Positions 19,303 to 22,844 of a DNA stretch of 22,844 nt are shown piece after piece. Position numbers and translations under genes: made by a program. Under the pieces are notes generated by a model. It saw nothing but the letters and a program-made list of their open reading frames with translations. It was not told the origin of the DNA and made no database searches. The stretch is from NCBI GenBank assembly GCA_002721695.1, contig PBLI01000084.1:38912-61755 (forward strand). The letters are read 5' to 3'. This DNA is from Roseibacillus sp. Lineage in GTDB: Bacteria > Verrucomicrobiota > Verrucomicrobiia > Verrucomicrobiales > Akkermansiaceae. The stretch's first letter is position 1; every line of letters begins with the position of its first letter.

Positions 19303-22300
19303 ATGCCTGAAGAAACACAGCAGCTTGAAGGCGGTTCCTATGAGGTCATCCGGGACCGTCTGGCGCGGCACGGGAGTGACTTGCGGGGCCGCCTGGACGG
19401 GCTGAACGAGGACCGTAAGGAGCTCTTCGGGGTTGTTGAGAACGAGCTGGTCTCGACCTCGCGGATCGCTACCCAGTTCAATTGCGTGCCGCGGGACATG
19501 ATCGCGGTGGGGGCGAACCGGTTTCTGTTCGGCTACAACATCCAGTTCGGCCTCAAGCAGACGACCAGTGTGTCGGACGTCTTTGCGGCCTACCGGTATG
19601 ACCCGGAAGGTCATGAATTCCATCAGCTCCCGGTTGCGGAGATGCTGAGCGATGCCACCTTCGTGGAGGATTTCCAGTACCTGTACCGCTACTACAAGCA
19701 GACAGTCTTCGTGAAGTTCATGGTCATCGGTCCCAGCCTCTACATGGGGATGCGGATCGGCAAGGCGGTGGAGGATCTCAAGACCTTCAAGTGGCTCATC
19801 AAGGGGGATGGGACGCTGGACTACCTCGGGAACCGCTTTGATCATGAATACGCTTTTCCGTCCCAGCAGGAATTCGAGTGGACCCGTGCCCATCGCGATA
19901 TGCACCGGGGTGGAGAGCATCCCCATATCTCGATCGATGATCGCGTGTTCGTTGAGACGCTTGGTGGCGACTTGACGGTCAAGGTCGAGGACAATACCTC
20001 ATCGGGAGAGGGGATTTACTCCGAACCGGTCACGGACCAGGACCAGACCCTCGACGACGCGGAAATCTTCTACGCCTCGGTCGGTCCGCTGGTCCTGATG
20101 AAGGTCCTTCCCTACCGGGAGGAACTTCATCGCTACCTCGTCTATAACGAAAAGACACGGGTTGTGCACCGCCTTGATGCGATCGGGCACTCCTGCGTGC
20201 TGCTCCCGGACGAGCAGGGACTGATCTTTGCCAATGGATACCTGTTGCTCACGGGAGAGGTGAAGGTGTTCGAGACGGATCTCACGGACATGCGTTTCGA
20301 GCGGCGGATCGCCTCTGCCAACGGAGAGGACTACCTGTTTGTCTTCTACAACCGGCTCAGCGGCGACTATGTCCTGCTCTCCTACAATATCATATCGCAG
20401 ACGGTTGAGACGCCGGTCATCTGCAACGGCTACTCCCTGTTCCCGGACGGCAAGCTGATCTGTTTCAAGGCCGAGGCCGAGGCCCAGAAGCATCACTCCC
20501 TGCAGGTGTGGCAGACCTCCTATCTCAGCGAGGAAGCCCTGAGTGCGGATGCCGAGAGCCAGGATTCCATGCTCTTCAAGATCGGCAACGCCGCATTGGT
20601 CCGCGGAATGGCGGAGTGTCGGGAAGTGCTTGTCCTCCTCGGCAAGGAAGACAGTTACGCCGGACTCTACCTCGACCTCGTCAAGAAGACTGGGGACATC
20701 CTTGATGGCTACTTCTGGATTGCGAAGGAAGAGGCGCACGATCTTGCCGATCCTGTTCGTGAAATCCAGCGCGCCGCCGCCTCGGCAATCGACGAATTTG
20801 ACAAGGTGAAGCGTCTGCGGGAGGGCACGAGGCAGCAGACCACCGCCGTCCGCGGCGCGGTTGAGGAGGTCCTCAAGCAGGTCGCTTATGCGGCGCCCGA
20901 TGACATCTTCGGATTTGTGCATCATCTCACTGAGCTTCGGCGCCGCCGCGGGGAGGTGATCGGGCTGCGTGAATTACGCTATGTCGACACGAGGCTGGTG
21001 GAGGAACTCGAGGAGCAGGTGGTCGAGGCAACCGATAAGTGCTCCAGCCAGACGGTGGCCTTTCTCCTGAAAGAGGAGGCGCTGGACCCCTACCGCGGTG
21101 CGGTGGACGAACAGAAGACCGCGATCGGAAAGCTGAAGAAGGTGACCGAGGCGGACGGGGTGGGCGAAGCCCTCGACACGGCGGGCTCGGAATTGGAGAT
21201 GTTGATTGACGTGGTGAGCAACCTCAAGATCGAGGATGCGACCCAGACCACCGCAATCATCGATGGGATCTCGAGTATCTATGCGACTCTGAATGGAGTG
21301 CGGGCCGAGCTCAAGCAGGTGCGCAGGGATCTCGCGAAGTCGGAGGGGATGGCCCAGTTCAGCGCGCAGATGAAACTCCTGAGCCAGGCGGTGGTGAATT
21401 ACCTGGATCTCTGTGACACGCCTGAGCGCTGTGATGAATACCTCACCAGGCTCATGGTGCAGGTAGAGGAGCTGGAGGGGCGTTTCGCGGAATTTGACGA
21501 GGACATCGAGGAACTCGGAGCCAAGCGGGAAGAGATTTACGAGGCCTTTGAGGGGCGGAAGCAGGCGCTGCTTGAGCAGCGGAACCGTCGAGCCAGTACA
21601 TTGGTCAAGTCGGCGGAACGCATCCTCAGCGGAGTCCAGCACCGAGTGTCCAAGCTGGAAGACCTTAACGATATCAACGGCTACTTCGCGGGGGATCTCA
21701 TGATTGACAAGTTGCGCGACATCATCGCGCAGCTCGGTGCCCTGGGTGACTCGGTGAAGGCCGCTGACGTGCAGACCAAGCTCAATACACTGCGCGACGA
21801 TGCAGTGCGGCAGCTCAAGGACCGCAAGGAGCTCTTCGTGGATGGGGAAGCCGTGCTCCAGTTCGGGCGGCACAGGTTTTCGGTGAACGAGCAGGAGCTT
21901 GAGCTGTCGATCATTCCTCACGACGGGGAGATGTGCTTCCACCTCTCGGGGACGGATTTCTTTGAGCCCGTCCGGGACGAGGGATTCCTGGCTACGAGCG
22001 AAATCTGGGGGCAGGAGATCCTGAGTGAGAACGATGAGGTCTATCGGGTGGAGTGGCTGGTCTACCAGATGCTTCAGGGGAACGATTTCGGAGAGGGAAC
22101 GCTGGAGGACGTGCAGCGCTTCATGCAACCGCGCTATGCCGAGGGTTACACGAAAGGGGTGCATGACGAGGATGCGGTCAAACTGCTGGATGCCCTCCTG
22201 CCGGTCCACCAGGAGGTCGGCCTGCTGCGGTTTGCCCCGCACACCCGGGGAGCGGCCCTGGTGGCGTGGCATGCGGGTGAAGGGGAAGCCCGCGCGAGCC

Positions 22301-22844
22301 TGGCGGCCAAGCTGGCTGCCCATGCCGGGCGTCGCAAATACCTGGGGGAAAAGAACGGCGTGCACGAGTTCACGATGGAGCTCGCGGACTTTCTCGCTCC
22401 CATCCTGGAGCGGAGTTTCCCGGAGGTGGCGGTGGACCGGGCGGCCGAATACCTGTTTGGCGAACTGACCGGGGGACCCGGATTCGTGGTTTCGCGGGAG
22501 GCGGGGGCCCTCTTGCAGCAATTCAGCCACGTGCTGACTGCCAAGCGGGCCCGGAAGTCCTACGACGAGGCACTGGCGCCTTTTGCTGACGACGCCCTGG
22601 GGCGCTACCACGTCGCGAGGGACTGGTTGCAGGGCGTGGAGTCAATGCCTGCTCAGACAGGGTCGGAGGAGAAAGTCGAGCGGGTCCTTCCCACGGATAA
22701 TCTCCGGGAGTGGTATGTTTGCGAGGCAGCCGCTCAACTGGCTCGTGGAGGCCAGATGCATCCGGAGGCCCAAGGAGTCAACCTCGAGGTCGAGGTGCCG
22801 GAACTGGCGGGATCTCATTCCCGCATCGAGCAGCGGACCCTGGT
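19303..22844 (+). CDS. Very large uncharacterized protein, 3'-truncated by the window end (more than 1,180 aa visible); beta-rich N-terminal region followed by a long alpha-helical region; no Walker A seen
   Basis: The open frame runs from ATG 19303 (stop TGA at 19294-19296 just upstream; a G-rich tract aagggggc lies about 12 nt upstream) to the last base with no stop codon. It has strong GC3 codon bias. It is absent from the supplied ORF track only because it lacks a stop in the window. The three minus ORFs covering it (19021..19926, 19999..20925, 20974..22611) are low-complexity antisense shadows. Confidence 0.8.
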   Translation, partial: MPEETQQLEGGSYEVIRDRLARHGSDLRGRLDGLNEDRKELFGVVENELVSTSRIATQFNCVPRDMIAVGANRFLFGYNIQFGLKQTTSVSDVFAAYRYDPEGHEFHQLPVAEMLSDATFVEDFQYLYRYYKQTVFVKFMVIGPSLYMGMRIGKAVEDLKTFKWLIKGDGTLDYLGNRFDHEYAFPSQQEFEWTRAHRDMHRGGEHPHISIDDRVFVETLGGDLTVKVEDNTSSGEGIYSEPVTDQDQTLDDAEIFYASVGPLVLMKVLPYREELHRYLVYNEKTRVVHRLDAIGHSCVLLPDEQGLIFANGYLLLTGEVKVFETDLTDMRFERRIASANGEDYLFVFYNRLSGDYVLLSYNIISQTVETPVICNGYSLFPDGKLICFKAEAEAQKHHSLQVWQTSYLSEEALSADAESQDSMLFKIGNAALVRGMAECREVLVLLGKEDSYAGLYLDLVKKTGDILDGYFWIAKEEAHDLADPVREIQRAAASAIDEFDKVKRLREGTRQQTTAVRGAVEEVLKQVAYAAPDDIFGFVHHLTELRRRRGEVIGLRELRYVDTRLVEELEEQVVEATDKCSSQTVAFLLKEEALDPYRGAVDEQKTAIGKLKKVTEADGVGEALDTAGSELEMLIDVVSNLKIEDATQTTAIIDGISSIYATLNGVRAELKQVRRDLAKSEGMAQFSAQMKLLSQAVVNYLDLCDTPERCDEYLTRLMVQVEELEGRFAEFDEDIEELGAKREEIYEAFEGRKQALLEQRNRRASTLVKSAERILSGVQHRVSKLEDLNDINGYFAGDLMIDKLRDIIAQLGALGDSVKAADVQTKLNTLRDDAVRQLKDRKELFVDGEAVLQFGRHRFSVNEQELELSIIPHDGEMCFHLSGTDFFEPVRDEGFLATSEIWGQEILSENDEVYRVEWLVYQMLQGNDFGEGTLEDVQRFMQPRYAEGYTKGVHDEDAVKLLDALLPVHQEVGLLRFAPHTRGAALVAWHAGEGEARASLAAKLAAHAGRRKYLGEKNGVHEFTMELADFLAPILERSFPEVAVDRAAEYLFGELTGGPGFVVSREAGALLQQFSHVLTAKRARKSYDEALAPFADDALGRYHVARDWLQGVESMPAQTGSEEKVERVLPTDNLREWYVCEAAAQLARGGQMHPEAQGVNLEVEVPELAGSHSRIEQRTL

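Noticed and set aside
19021-22611. Minus ORFs 19021..19926, 19999..20925 and 20974..22611, the only ORFs the track reports for this region
   Set aside because: Together they exactly tile the antisense strand of one uninterrupted open plus frame of 3.5 kb with coding-type GC3 bias. The ORF track omitted the plus frame only because it has no stop within the window.

Overview
This is a GC-rich (roughly 60-65%) chromosomal segment with no strong Shine-Dalgarno motifs. Several long ORFs on opposite strands overlap one another; this is expected from a GC3-skewed genome and most of the overlapping ones are shadow ORFs rather than genes. The gene content, including a prepilin-type 'MNIAKSSRRKGFTLVELLVVIAII' protein, suggests a Verrucomicrobia/PVC-like organism, but that is inference only. 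Most of the window is housekeeping, in this order: leuC (-), hflX (+), an L,D-transpeptidase (+), a membrane-anchored parvulin PPIase (+), a pseudopilin-like prepilin gene (-) with a clean bidirectional hairpin terminator, rph (-), lpxK (+), recJ-recG (+, tightly coupled), a gloA-like glyoxalase (-), and a LolC/E-type permease (+) followed closely by a DUF4339/RDD membrane protein and a small DnaQ-like 3'-5' exonuclease. The notable region is at the 3' end. An NfeD/YqiJ-like OB-fold membrane protein and a YqiK-type flotillin are followed after 83 nt, on the same strand, by a very large ORF (19303 to beyond 22844, more than 1,180 codons, no stop in the window). This ORF is absent from the supplied ORF track because it runs off the window, and three long antisense shadow ORFs cover it instead. 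I cannot assign it to a named family. The visible part has a beta-rich N-terminal region of about 430 aa followed by a long alpha-helical region, with no P-loop. The three genes together form an uncharacterized flotillin-associated module that deserves follow-up. Other points: the LolC/E permease has a conserved N-terminus encoded upstream of any canonical start codon; there is a tRNA T-loop-like 10-mer in the hflX/ldt spacer; and there is a 10-bp perfect inverted repeat in the rph/lpxK divergent spacer. No CRISPR array, rRNA, intact tRNA or obvious mobile element was seen.
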